A stretch of DNA of 64,000 bases from Acidobacteriota bacterium (GTDB taxonomy: Bacteria; Acidobacteriota; UBA890; WLXD01), in the NCBI GenBank assembly GCA_965248695.1, contig CBDFKD010000002.1:3744001-3808000 (forward strand). The letters are read 5' to 3'. The position numbers were made by a program, and so were the translations under genes. The stretch's first letter is position 1, and each line of letters begins with the position of its first letter. A model generated the notes under the pieces. The model did not search any database and was not told where the DNA came from. It saw only the letters and a program-made list of their open reading frames with translations. Positions 1 to 9,630 of this stretch are shown one piece after another.

Positions 1-547
1 GTCCGCGAAGATGATGGCGAAGTGGTTGAGCGTGGTGCCGGAGGAGTTCCGCTTCGTGCTCAAGGCGACGCGTCGCATCTCGCACTTCGCCAGGTTGCGA
101 GCCGACGACGAATTGCTCGAGTACCTCTTCGGCATCACCGCCGAGCTCGGCGATCGGTTGGGCGCCCACCTCGTCCAGCTGCCGCCGTATGCGAAGAAGG
201 ATGTGGAAGCGCTGCGCGGGCTATTGGAACGCGTACCTGAGGGCAACCGTGTGGCCTTCGAGTTCCGTAACGAGTCGTGGTTCGATGACGAGGTCTACGA
301 GGCGCTGCGTTCGTTCGACGCGGCCCTGGTGATTGCCGATGGAGGAAAAGTAGAGGTGCCGCTGGTGTCCACGGCGAGTTGGGGGTACCTACGGCTGCGG
401 CGCGATGACTACGACGACGATGCTCTGCGCCAGTGGCACGATCACATCGTCTCGCAGCCCTGGAAGGACGCCTTCGTCTTCTTCAAGCACGAGGACGACG
501 GCGGCGGCCCGCGCATGGCGCGAGCGATGCTGGAGTCCGATTCGTAG
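1..547 (+). CDS. DUF72 family protein (5' part outside window)
   Basis: F.F.LKA..ISH, LVQLPP, AFEFRNESWF, YLRLR and FVFFKHE motifs typical of DUF72/YecE. Confidence 0.85.
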   Translation, partial: SAKMMAKWLSVVPEEFRFVLKATRRISHFARLRADDELLEYLFGITAELGDRLGAHLVQLPPYAKKDVEALRGLLERVPEGNRVAFEFRNESWFDDEVYEALRSFDAALVIADGGKVEVPLVSTASWGYLRLRRDDYDDDALRQWHDHIVSQPWKDAFVFFKHEDDGGGPRMARAMLESDS

Positions 548-565
548 CTTCCCGCTACGAGGCGG

Positions 566-1231
566 CTATGCGGGTGGACGCACCAGCGGCACGAAGCGCA
601 CCGGGATCACGCGGCGGCGGACCACTCGTCCCGACGGGCCCTTGTCGAGGTGCACGAGCTCCTGCGCCGCGTCGACCGCCCCAACGGGCGCTACCAGGTT
701 CCCCGACTCCACCTGTTCGATCAGTGCTTCGGGGAGCACGGTGGGCGCCGCAGTCACGATCAAGCCGTCGAAGGGAGCGTGCTCGGGCCAGCCGAGTGCG
801 CCGTCGCCGATGCGCTGGTGTACGTTCCGGTAGCCGAGCCGCATGAGATTGTCCGATGCCCGTTCGGCCAGCTCGGCGATGATCTCGATGGTGTAGACCT
901 CGCAGCCAAGCTCGGCGAGCACTGCGGTCTGGTAGCCGCTACCGGTGCCGATCTCGAGAATACGGTCGCCTTGCGTCGCGCCCAGCAACTCTGTCATCAG
1001 GGCGACGATGAAAGGCTGCGAGATCGTTTGCCGGCGACCGATCGGCAACGGGAAGTTTCCATAGGCCTCGTTGGCGAGCGCTGCCGGTACGAACTCGTGC
1101 CGTGGGACGCGAGCCAGGGCATCGAGCACTCGAGCGTCCTCGATGCCCTCTGTGCGCAGCGTTTCGACGAGACGGTCACGAGCGCGCTTGAAGTCGACCT
1201 CCGGGGGTGGGTCCAAGACTCCATCGATCAT
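566..1231 (-). CDS. pcm: Protein-L-isoaspartate O-methyltransferase
   Basis: VPRHEFVP, QTISQP, LEIGTGSGYQ, APFDGLIVTAA, VRFVPL; start set at ATG 1231. Confidence 0.95.
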   Translation of the reverse strand: MIDGVLDPPPEVDFKRARDRLVETLRTEGIEDARVLDALARVPRHEFVPAALANEAYGNFPLPIGRRQTISQPFIVALMTELLGATQGDRILEIGTGSGYQTAVLAELGCEVYTIEIIAELAERASDNLMRLGYRNVHQRIGDGALGWPEHAPFDGLIVTAAPTVLPEALIEQVESGNLVAPVGAVDAAQELVHLDKGPSGRVVRRRVIPVRFVPLVRPPA

Positions 1232-1317
1232 AGTCGCCGTGGCGAGCATAATTGGCGTCGAGAGGACTCCCGACGCCGCTCGACGACTACTCATCCCCGA
1301 TAACACGGAGCGTGCCG

Positions 1318-1881
1318 ATGGTCACTGGATCCCGCTTGCTCGTCCTGGCGTTGATCGCATCGCCTCTGCTTGTGCTGCACGCGGAGCTCGCGAGTCGCCG
1401 GCAAGAATCGGCCGCTGTGGCGCAGCTCAGGCAGGAGATCGGGAACTTGCGCTTTCGCCTCGACTACGAGACCAACCGCGTGCAGCGGCTGATCGACGAC
1501 CTGCAGCGGCAAGTGCGTCAGAACGACCTGCGGCCGCCCCGCAGCGCGCCGCTGCCGACCTTGACGCAGGCTCCGATGCCGGCGGCCACGAGCTCTGCGA
1601 GCGATCGCCGGCTTCGCGTCGACGACGATGACGGTCGTCCGCGTGCGGCGCTGACGGTGAGCGAGCGGTTCGGTCCGATGATTGCGCTGATGGGCCCGTC
1701 CGGTGATGTCGAAGCCATGCTGAGCGTCCCGTCTGTGGGGCCCCGTCTGGAGCTCTTCGATCGGTCCGGACGCACCCGGATCGTGTTGGGCCTGGAGAAC
1801 GGGGCGCCGCAGCTCCGTCTGCTGGCCGAGGACGGCTCGATCGTGGAGCGTCTCGGTGCGCCGAGCTCCGAGGACAAGTAA
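1318..1881 (+). CDS. Hypothetical membrane-anchored/exported protein (coiled coil plus repeated beta motif)
   Basis: GGAG before ATG 1318; hydrophobic N-terminus; repeated P.L.L.D..G motifs at C-terminus. Confidence 0.65.
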   Translation: MVTGSRLLVLALIASPLLVLHAELASRRQESAAVAQLRQEIGNLRFRLDYETNRVQRLIDDLQRQVRQNDLRPPRSAPLPTLTQAPMPAATSSASDRRLRVDDDDGRPRAALTVSERFGPMIALMGPSGDVEAMLSVPSVGPRLELFDRSGRTRIVLGLENGAPQLRLLAEDGSIVERLGAPSSEDK

Positions 1882-2118
1882 CCGACGCCCCGTCGGGGGC
1901 AAACCTCGGACTGAGCCGTCCGCCGGTCGCCACCCGGTCTCAACACAAGGCTGCAGGACCTCGGCTCCGTGCGACAATGGCCGCTTCATCCATCCGGCAG
2001 GTCGATCATGACTGAGACGAACACGAGTCCGGCGCCCCCTTCGCTCGGTCGCCGTTCGTCAGCGGACCGTTGCAAGCACAGGTTCTGACCAGAAACGGGA
2101 CTGCTGGACGCAGTCGGG

Positions 2119-3660
2119 TTGGAGGGCGCCGCGATGGGCTACATATTGCGCTTGTTGTTGCGTCCGCTGGCGACCGTCATGATGGGCGCAGGGGCGGCGT
2201 TTCTGGTACGCGATCTCTTCCTCAACCCTGCTGCCGTGGGGTTTGTCCGCATCGGCACGCTGGTGCTCATCGGCGCGGTCACGATCCTGCTCTTCGCCGC
2301 TGGGGAAATCTCGCTACGCCGGTTGCGGGCCCTGGAGATCGTGCTGTTCGTGGTCATGAGCGCGCACATTCTTGTCCTGGATCATGGCCTGCTATTGCAA
2401 GAAGCAGCCGCCGGTGACGCCGGCCTGGTGCTGTCGCGCTGGAACTTGACGGCGCTCTCCTTCGTGCTCCTGATGGCAACATACGCGATCTTTGTGCCCA
2501 ACACCTGGGTGCGTGCCGCCGCCGTCATCTTGCCGCTAGCAGCGGCGCCGATCGCGCTCGGGCTGCTGGTTCGCGCCCGACACCCGGAAGTGGAGTCGTT
2601 GACCCGGTCGGTGTTGACCGCTTCCAAGGTCACCGACGTCGTGTTCCTGCTCTCGACCGCCGCCATCATCGCCCTGCTGGGTGTGCTGCTGATCGATCGC
2701 TTTCGAACCGTGGCGCTCGATGCACGGTCGTCGAATTTCTATGATCTACAGGAGCGCATCGGCGAGGGCGGCATGGGTGAGGTTTGGTTGGCGCGACACC
2801 AGACGCTCGCCCGTCCGGCGGCGATCAAGATCATCCGTCCCGAGCTCCTGGGCAACGGCGACAAGGGATCGACCAATATGGCGACTCGCCGGTTCGAGCG
2901 CGAGGCGCGGGCGACAGCGGCGCTTCGATCCCCGAACACGGTAGAGATCTACGACTTCGGTGTCACCAACGAAGGTGTCTTTTACTACGTCATGGAGTAT
3001 CTCGAGGGCCTGGATCTGGAGACGTTGGTCAAGCGCTTCGGCCCGCTCCCACCAGCGCGCGCTATCTACTTGTTGCGCCAGGCGTGTGCATCGTTGGGGG
3101 AGGCGCACGCTGGCGGCCTGGTACACCGCGACATCAAACCGGCGAACGTGTACGCCTGTCGGATGGGTGGCGAGCACGATTTCATCAAGGTGCTCGACTT
3201 CGGGCTGGTGAAGCACCAGAAGCAACAGGAAACGACGCAGTTGACCGTCGACGGGCTGACCACCGGTACCCCTGCCTACATGCCACCGGAGCTGGCGATG
3301 CAGGCCGATCTCGTCGGGCCCGGCACGGATGTCTACGCCCTGGGATGTGTCGCCTACTGGCTTGTGACCGGCAAGTTCGTCTTCGATCAGCCGACCCCGA
3401 TGGCGATGGTGGTCGACCACGTGAAGTCACAGCCGCTACCGCCTTCATCCCGCACCGAGCTCGAGATCCCCGTGGCGCTCGACGAGGTGATCCTGAAGTG
3501 CCTGGAGAAGGACCCGTCCGACAGGTTCGCCAGCATGCGTGAGCTGTCGAAGGCCCTGTCGCGGGTACCGGTCGAAATGGGCTGGGGGCCTGCCGAGGCG
3601 GAGGACTGGTGGTCCTTGCACCAGCCCGAGGGATCGAAGGAGCTGCCGAAGGCGTCGTAA
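2119..3660 (+). CDS. Membrane Hanks-type Ser/Thr protein kinase with N-terminal multi-TM region
   Basis: IGEGGMGEV, AIKII, HRDIKPAN, DFG, GTPAYMPPE, DVYALG; start uncertain (see findings). Confidence 0.93.
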   Translation: MEGAAMGYILRLLLRPLATVMMGAGAAFLVRDLFLNPAAVGFVRIGTLVLIGAVTILLFAAGEISLRRLRALEIVLFVVMSAHILVLDHGLLLQEAAAGDAGLVLSRWNLTALSFVLLMATYAIFVPNTWVRAAAVILPLAAAPIALGLLVRARHPEVESLTRSVLTASKVTDVVFLLSTAAIIALLGVLLIDRFRTVALDARSSNFYDLQERIGEGGMGEVWLARHQTLARPAAIKIIRPELLGNGDKGSTNMATRRFEREARATAALRSPNTVEIYDFGVTNEGVFYYVMEYLEGLDLETLVKRFGPLPPARAIYLLRQACASLGEAHAGGLVHRDIKPANVYACRMGGEHDFIKVLDFGLVKHQKQQETTQLTVDGLTTGTPAYMPPELAMQADLVGPGTDVYALGCVAYWLVTGKFVFDQPTPMAMVVDHVKSQPLPPSSRTELEIPVALDEVILKCLEKDPSDRFASMRELSKALSRVPVEMGWGPAEAEDWWSLHQPEGSKELPKAS

Positions 3661-3719
3661 ACGGGGCCCGGCGGCACGGCCTCGTGACGGAGGTGCCGCG
3701 GCTCTGGAACACCGGCGGC

Positions 3720-4372
3720 CTATGCCGCTTGGACCAATCCTGGCGCCGGCTGTGGATCGCGGCACACTGCCGCGACCGGCGCTGTCTGGTCATCCGCCGC
3801 CGCGATTCCGAGCCGCTGCACCGGATCGAAGCGAACCCGCAGGTCGCCGGCGAGCCATGCGAAATGGTGCAGGAACACCATCCACAATAGCGTCATGCCG
3901 AACATCTCGGTGCATTCCTCGATCGATTTCGAGAAGTGCAGCAGCATGTCGTAGGGGCTGGTGCCGAAAGTGCGAGCAGCCCACATCTCCAGGTGCCAGC
4001 GCTGCGCGATCGCCGCGTAGGGGTTGAGCGCATGTGTCGGCGCCAGCCCCTCGAAGAAGTCGAGTGCCACCGCAGTGGCCAGGCAGCTGAGGGCGACGAA
4101 AACCGCTGCCTTCGGCTTCCAACCACGGAGCTGCTTGAGCAGAAAGCCGAACATGAAGAAGCCCATAGCCGCGAAGATCGGCATGAAGACAATCTGCCAG
4201 CGATAGCTCGGGAACATCTCCAGCGTCCATGCGCCGAACGCGAATCCGTCGCCGGTCTGGTGATAGGCAGTACCGAGGCGTTCGTGGATGTGCGCCCCGT
4301 CGTCGAGCGCCAGATAACAGAAGAACAGCGTCAACACCTGCCACCCCAGCGTCTGCCAACGGGTAGCGGTCT
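3720..4372 (-). pseudogene. 3' part of a multi-TM membrane protein, 5' end lost at the IS3 boundary
   Basis: Frame stays open up to the IS end (..TATRWQTLGWQVLTLFF..) with no convincing start or RBS; DDGAHIHE and IEECTE motifs. Confidence 0.7.
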
Positions 4373-4406
4373 TGACCTGACCCCGCGGTTAGTACCATGT
4401 CTTATC

Positions 4407-5300
4407 TCAGTAACTCGGTGCTGACAAGAGGTTGTTGAGGCCGGCGAAGCGGAGCGCAGCCGGCTTCAACAACGTCGCTTCGGGTGCGGGCGGCCGATAG
4501 CTCAGCGAGCTGTGCGGTCGCATGCGGTTGTAGTGCTGACGCCATCTCTCGATCAGAACCTTTGCCTCCTTGAGCGTGTAGAAGATCTCTCCATCCAGCA
4601 GCTCGTCGCGTAGCTTGCCGTTGAAGCTCTCCACGTAACCGTTCTCCCACGGCGAGCCCGGCTCGATGAACAGCGTCCCCACGCCCAACCGGCCCAGCCA
4701 GTCGCGAACCGCCTCGGCGGTGAACTCTGGTCCGTTATCCGACCGGATGTGCTCAGGTATGCCCCGGTGTACGAACAACCTCCCGAGCTGCTCCAGCACG
4801 TCCTCAGAGTTGAGCTTCCGTGCTACATGGATCGCCAGGCTTTCTCGTGTGTACTCATCGACGATCGTCAGCAGCCTCATAGCCCGACCGTCGTGCGTCC
4901 GGTGGTGCAGGAAGTCATACGCCCAGACATGATCCCGGTGCTGTGGGCGCAGCCGGATGCAGGAGCCATCGCTCAGCCACAGCCGTGCTCGTTTGGGCTG
5001 TTTTCTCGGTACTTTCAGCCCTTCGCGCCGCCAGATACGCTGCACTCGTTTGTGGTTCACGGACCAGCCCTCCATGCGCAGCAACGCTGTCACCCTCCGA
5101 TATCCGTAGCGCCCGTACTGTCGGGCTAAATCCACGATCCGCTCCGTCAAAATCTGCTCCTGTTGCGGCTCTCTTGGCACGTACCGGTGTGTCGTGCGTG
5201 GTTGTTTCAGTACCCGACACGCCCGCCTCTCCGAGACGCCCAGCCGCCCCCGTACATGTGCCACCGCCTCTCGCCGCCGAGCTGGGCTCAGAAGTTTCCC
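4407..5300 (-). CDS. IS3 transposase OrfB (DDE integrase core), fused to OrfA by -1 frameshift
   Basis: YGYRR, WAYDF, IRSDNGPEF, PWENGYVESFNGKLRDE, YN..RPHSSL. Confidence 0.95.
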   Translation of the reverse strand, partial: GKLLSPARRREAVAHVRGRLGVSERRACRVLKQPRTTHRYVPREPQQEQILTERIVDLARQYGRYGYRRVTALLRMEGWSVNHKRVQRIWRREGLKVPRKQPKRARLWLSDGSCIRLRPQHRDHVWAYDFLHHRTHDGRAMRLLTIVDEYTRESLAIHVARKLNSEDVLEQLGRLFVHRGIPEHIRSDNGPEFTAEAVRDWLGRLGVGTLFIEPGSPWENGYVESFNGKLRDELLDGEIFYTLKEAKVLIERWRQHYNRMRPHSSLSYRPPAPEATLLKPAALRFAGLNNLLSAPSY

Positions 5301-5566
5301 TCCGCCACTTCCTTCAGGATCGACAGGTCGAGTTCCTTTTCCGCCACCAGCCTCTTGAGCCGGGCATTCTCCTTCTCCAGTTGCTTGAGCTTTCTGGCCT
5401 GGTTGAGCTTCAGTCCGCCGTACTCTCGCCGCCACCGGTAGTAGGTGTGCTCGGTGATTGCTAGCTTGCGGCAGGCATCCTTGACCGTCGCCCCTCGAGC
5501 CAGCTCCACCTCAGCCTCCCGGAGCTTGCGTACGATCTGCTCGGCGCTGTGCCTCTTACTCGGCAT
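5288..5566 (-). CDS. IS3 transposase OrfA (HTH)
   Basis: HSAEQIVRKLRE..TYYRWRREYGG..LEKENARLKRLVA; ends on slippery G GGA AAC at 5300-5294. Confidence 0.95.
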   Translation of the reverse strand: MPSKRHSAEQIVRKLREAEVELARGATVKDACRKLAITEHTYYRWRREYGGLKLNQARKLKQLEKENARLKRLVAEKELDLSILKEVAEGNF

Positions 5567-5632
5567 TCTGACCTCCCGTTCTTGACCCAGATCGTGAGAT
5601 TACATCCGGATCCGTTTTCGGGGGTCAGGTCA

Positions 5633-6327
5633 AGCGCCGTGAGGGCGAGGCCGAGTTGTGGGGCGCCAACCGGCGCGGCCAGCGCTGCACTGGAGCCGCC
5701 TGAGCCGGAGCTGGAGCCGCCCGAGCCGGAGCTGGAGCCACCCGAGCTGGAGCCACCCGAGCTGGAGCTACCAGAGCTGGAACCACCCGAACCGGAAGCC
5801 GAGCCACCGGAACCAGAACCACCGGAACCAGAACCACTTGAACTGGACCCGCCCGAGCCTGAGCTCGAGCTGCTCGGATCGTCGCAATCACCGCTGTACT
5901 CACCGAGCACCGGCGGTAGATAGATCTCGCGGGTGTAGCTTCCGGTACCGACCGTGGTCGAGCCGCCGAAGCTGTAGTAGCCAGGCACGATCAAGTCGCT
6001 GCCGTCGAGCGTCACGTTGACGGTGTGGCCGTTGATCGTGAGGCTCGAGGAGCTCAGTGGAACCAGTGTCCACGTTTCCGGATCGACGATATCGTCGATC
6101 CAGGCGCTGTCCACCTTGAGGTCGATCAGCGTCTGCTCGATGCCGGCGTCGGCGGCGTAGAAGGCGGCCGACTTGCTCCGGTAGTTGTCCGAGATGGTCA
6201 TGTCGACCATGCCGTTGGTCATCATCGACCAGCCGATGACGCCGACGGCGGACATCGCCATCAGGGCGAAGAGCATGCCGAAGCCGTCTTCGTTGCCGAG
6301 AGACCTGAGTGTCACCTTGCACTTCAT
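5633..6327 (-). pseudogene. PilX-like minor pilin/assembly protein, C-terminus cut by IS3
   Basis: Prepilin-like NEDG/FGMLFAL hydrophobic start; AFYAADAGIE PilX N-terminal motif; frame runs into IS end. Confidence 0.75.
5689..5872 (-). repeat. Ser/Gly low-complexity tandem repeat inside the PilX-like gene
   Basis: Imperfect 15-21 bp units (e.g. gagctggagccaccc) encoding SSSGG/SGSGG, about 60 aa. Confidence 0.85.
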
Positions 6328-6638
6328 AGTGGCTTCCCCTTTTGGAAAGCGGGAGGGGGTGCAGTAGCTCGTCTTTGGGTGATGAGAAGCGTTATAACAC
6401 CACGTAGGTGTCTTCTAAACATAGAAATAGTCAGTCTTAGCCAGTAAACAATGAATTCAAGCGCTGAGAGCAATCAGTGCCAACCGGTGCCTTCATCTGA
6501 TGCACCCCGATGGCCTCGATTGGCCGCTCCTGTCCACCCGTTCGCCAGCATCGGTCCGTATTCCTTCGTTTTGCGTCGAGGCCGGGAGCATCTGCCGGAT
6601 GAATGCGACACCCGTAGCTGCGCGCGCTGCGCGGCGGG

Positions 6639-7595
6639 CTACGAAGAGATCTCTATCTGAACCTTCAGCGTGCCGCGCCGGTTCGCGTGCTCGAGCGCGG
6701 CGAGGCCGCGCTCCAGCGGGTAGGTAGCGGTAAGCAAGGGCGCCACCGCTACCGCGCCTTCGGCAAGTGCCGCGAGCGCCGGCGCGAACGCTCCACATCG
6801 TGAGCCCACGACACGGATCTCGTCCACTACCAGCGCCGACGCATCGATGTCTAGTCGATCGGCGTAGGTACTCTTGAGCAGCAGCGTGCCGCCGGCTCGC
6901 AACGCCGCCCGCGCCACCGCGAAGCCTTGCGGCTCGCCGCTGCACTCGACCGCGACGTCGAATCCGTTTCCAACGGCGTCGGCATCAGTGGACGTCGCCA
7001 CTTCCAGCTCCTTCAGGAGCGCCAGCTTGGGCTCGTGTCGCCCCAGCACGGTGATGCTCGCTCCGGTCGAGACCAGCGCGCGTGCCACCAACTGCCCGAG
7101 CTTGCCGTCGCCGACTACCACCACCTTGTCGGTCTTGGCGAGCGCCGTCTGCTGAGCGACGTGCTGCGCTGCCGCCAGCGGCTCGGTGAAGGTTGCGTCG
7201 GCATCGCTGAGCGACGCCGGCACCGGGTGGAGATTGCTCACCGGCAGCACCAAGAACTCGGCGAACGCTCCGTCGAGGCCACGGATGCCGAGCACCCGGC
7301 GACGTAGGCAGTGCTTGGGATCGGCGGCGGCGCAGCGCCAACATTCGCCGCAGGACACGTTGATCTCGCCGACCACACGGCGACCGGCAAGCTCCGGCGC
7401 TCCGTCGACTACCTCGCCGACGAACTCGTGGCCCATGATCCCGCGGAACGCTGCATACCCACGCATCAGCTCGAGGTCGGTGCTGCATATGCCAGCGCGC
7501 CGGACCCGGATCAGCGCCTCTCCGGGTCCGGGCCGGGGACGCGGCAGGTCGTCTCGTAGTCGGACGTCGCCGTCGTCGATCCAGAGCCCCCGCAT
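6639..7595 (-). CDS. Zinc-dependent MDR alcohol dehydrogenase
   Basis: GICSTD, GHEFVG, CGECWRC..C structural Zn, GDGKLG, VVGSRCG. Confidence 0.92.
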   Translation of the reverse strand: MRGLWIDDGDVRLRDDLPRPRPGPGEALIRVRRAGICSTDLELMRGYAAFRGIMGHEFVGEVVDGAPELAGRRVVGEINVSCGECWRCAAADPKHCLRRRVLGIRGLDGAFAEFLVLPVSNLHPVPASLSDADATFTEPLAAAQHVAQQTALAKTDKVVVVGDGKLGQLVARALVSTGASITVLGRHEPKLALLKELEVATSTDADAVGNGFDVAVECSGEPQGFAVARAALRAGGTLLLKSTYADRLDIDASALVVDEIRVVGSRCGAFAPALAALAEGAVAVAPLLTATYPLERGLAALEHANRRGTLKVQIEISS

Positions 7596-7614
7596 GATGC
7601 TATGTTCTGACGCC

Positions 7615-8580
7615 ATGGATCTCCGTGAATACGATGTCGAGGGCGCGCGCGCGCGGATAGCGGGAGTGGCAATCACCACGCCGCTCCTGCCGTCCGCCTG
7701 GTTGACGGATCTTACCGGGCAACCGACTTGGCTCAAGCTCGAATGTCTGCAGGTCACCGGCTCGTTCAAGCTCCGCGGTGCCACGAATCGGGTGCTCAGC
7801 CTCGACGACGATCAACGGAGCCGCGGAATTATCGCAACATCGAGTGGTAACCACGGGCTTGCGACCGCGTATGTTGCCGCCCGCGAAGGGCTCACGGCGA
7901 CGATCTGTGTGCCCGAATGGGTCGACCCGGCGAAGCTCAGTGCGATCCGCGAGTTCGGTGCCGAGGCGATTGTCGAAGGCGCGACGGCGGAGGCAGCCGA
8001 GGAGATCTCCCTGCGACTCGCCCGCGAGCGCGACCTCACGTATGTGCACCCCTTCGATCAACCGGAGGTCATTGCCGCGCAGGCGACGATCGGACGCGAG
8101 ATTCTCGAGCAGCATCCGGGGGTCGATCACGTCGTCGTGCCGATGGGGGGCGGCGGCTTGCTCGCCGGGGTTGCGGTGGGTCTCAAGACCGTCGATCCAC
8201 GCATCCGAGTCACCGGGGTGTCCGCCGACCGTGCCGCCGTACTGGCGCGCAGCGTGGAAGCCGGCAAGCTGGTGAGCTTGCCCGAGCAGGAGACGCTGGC
8301 GACCGCATTGGCCGGCAACCTCGGTCCGGAGAACCATCACACCCTGAGGTTGGCCACCGAGCTGGTCGACGACTATGTCGAGGTGACCGAGGAGCAGATC
8401 GCGGCAGCGATGCGGTTCGCGTTTCATCGTCACCGCCTCGTGGTCGAGGGCGGTGGGTCCGTCGCGCTTGCCGCTGTCCTTGCCGGGCGGCTGGAGCCCG
8501 ATAGCAAGACGGCGCTCGTTGTGTCGGGAGGCAACATCGATCTGGCGCGGTTCGCCGCCGTGGTCGCCGACGAAGGCTAG
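7615..8580 (+). CDS. PLP-dependent threonine/serine dehydratase (no ACT domain)
   Basis: LKLECLQVTGSFKLRGA, SSGNHG, HPFD, GGGGL, SGGNID. Confidence 0.92.
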   Translation: MDLREYDVEGARARIAGVAITTPLLPSAWLTDLTGQPTWLKLECLQVTGSFKLRGATNRVLSLDDDQRSRGIIATSSGNHGLATAYVAAREGLTATICVPEWVDPAKLSAIREFGAEAIVEGATAEAAEEISLRLARERDLTYVHPFDQPEVIAAQATIGREILEQHPGVDHVVVPMGGGGLLAGVAVGLKTVDPRIRVTGVSADRAAVLARSVEAGKLVSLPEQETLATALAGNLGPENHHTLRLATELVDDYVEVTEEQIAAAMRFAFHRHRLVVEGGGSVALAAVLAGRLEPDSKTALVVSGGNIDLARFAAVVADEG

Positions 8581-8717
8581 CAGCTCAGCCTTCATCGATC
8601 TCCGTCGGTCTCCTACCGATGGGCCTGCTGGGACGAAGAGATCCTCGTTTTCGGTGGATTCAGATACCAAAAGAGGCCATTAGAGGCGTTTAATGTCTTT
8701 CGATGCGTTTTAAAGCT

Positions 8718-8765
8718 TGCAACAGGTATCGAAATCACGATATCTGTTTGTCGATACCTATTGCA
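8718..8765. promoter_or_regulatory. 48-bp dyad, candidate operator
   Basis: TGCAAcAGGTATCGA-N18-TCGATACCTaTTGCA centred on GATATC, in AT-rich DNA upstream of the 8808 gene. Confidence 0.55.
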
Positions 8766-8807
8766 GTTCATCGAACGCCAACGCAGTGCGTACCGGAGGA
8801 AGCAACA

Positions 8808-9296
8808 ATGAGCGAAGGTATGGACCAACTTCAGCAGGCCATCGAGGGCTGGGAAAAGCGGTACTCAGCCGCCGTGCTAGCTCAGCGTGAGGCCGACATC
8901 GTGCTGCCCTTCTTGCGTGCCGCGGTCGAGGAGCTCGACGCGTTCCGCAAGAGCGGCGGCAACGCCGAGACGGTGGCGCCGACGTCGGAACCCGTGAGCG
9001 TGCCGCAGCCTGATCCGGTCGCGGTGCCCGAGACGGTCGCCGTCGATCCGGAGCCCATGCCTGTCTTTGCGGCCCCCGAGACTGCCCCCGCGCCGCTCGA
9101 GTCGGTTGATGTTATCGAGACGACGCCGACGCCGTTCCCGGGCATGCCCAACGATGGGGCGGCCACCGCACTCGCCGAGGCCATTCTCAGCGACGATGCG
9201 GACGAGCCGGATAACGACTCGATCTCGTCGGCCTTCGGGCGCAAGTCGATCGCCTCGTTGATCGAAGAGGCCGAGAACAAGGAAGCTGCCAGCTGA
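8808..9296 (+). CDS. Hypothetical acidic Pro-rich protein
   Basis: GGAGGA RBS before ATG 8808; helical N-terminus, P/E/D-rich middle. Confidence 0.7.
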   Translation: MSEGMDQLQQAIEGWEKRYSAAVLAQREADIVLPFLRAAVEELDAFRKSGGNAETVAPTSEPVSVPQPDPVAVPETVAVDPEPMPVFAAPETAPAPLESVDVIETTPTPFPGMPNDGAATALAEAILSDDADEPDNDSISSAFGRKSIASLIEEAENKEAAS

Positions 9297-9312
9297 ACGC
9301 TGGTCGCAGTCG

Positions 9313-9630
9313 TCAGACGAGAGCGCCGAGCTTCGTCGCCAGCATGAAGTCGCCGGCGATCTTGATGCGTCCCATCAAGAACGCCGTCTGCGGGTTCACG
9401 CTGCCGTCCATGATCCCGGCGAGATCGTCGCGGCTGACGGTGATCACGCAGTCGGCATCGTCCGCGGCGCCAGAACGGACGCTCCCGGGGGCGGCTTTCA
9501 GGTCGACGACCCAGGAGCCCCCCTGTTCGCCGCTGACATCGAACTGATAGACGGCGCCTACCGCATCCACGAGCTGTGGCCGCTGCTCGATGCGGCTCGC
9601 CAGTTCTTCAAAGACACTGCCCGGATCCAT
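9313..9630 (-). CDS. SCP2 sterol-binding domain protein
   Basis: YQFDVSGEQGGSW, ADCVIT, NPQTAFLMGRIKIAGD. Confidence 0.92.
   Translation of the reverse strand: MDPGSVFEELASRIEQRPQLVDAVGAVYQFDVSGEQGGSWVVDLKAAPGSVRSGAADDADCVITVSRDDLAGIMDGSVNPQTAFLMGRIKIAGDFMLATKLGALV

Larger units (their letters stand above)
4373..5632 (-). mobile_element. IS3-family insertion sequence (IS407-like), 1260 bp
   Basis: Terminal IRs TGACCTGACCCC...GGGGTCAGGTCA; orfA/orfB layout; no flanking direct repeat. Confidence 0.95.

Noticed and set aside
5689-5872. CRISPR-like array
   Set aside because: Units are contiguous coding repeats without unique spacers; no cas genes. No CRISPR, rRNA or tRNA was recognised anywhere in the window.
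6470-6482. TGGCACTGATTGC sigma-54-like site upstream of the PilX-like gene
   Set aside because: GG-to-GC spacing is 8 nt, not the required 10.
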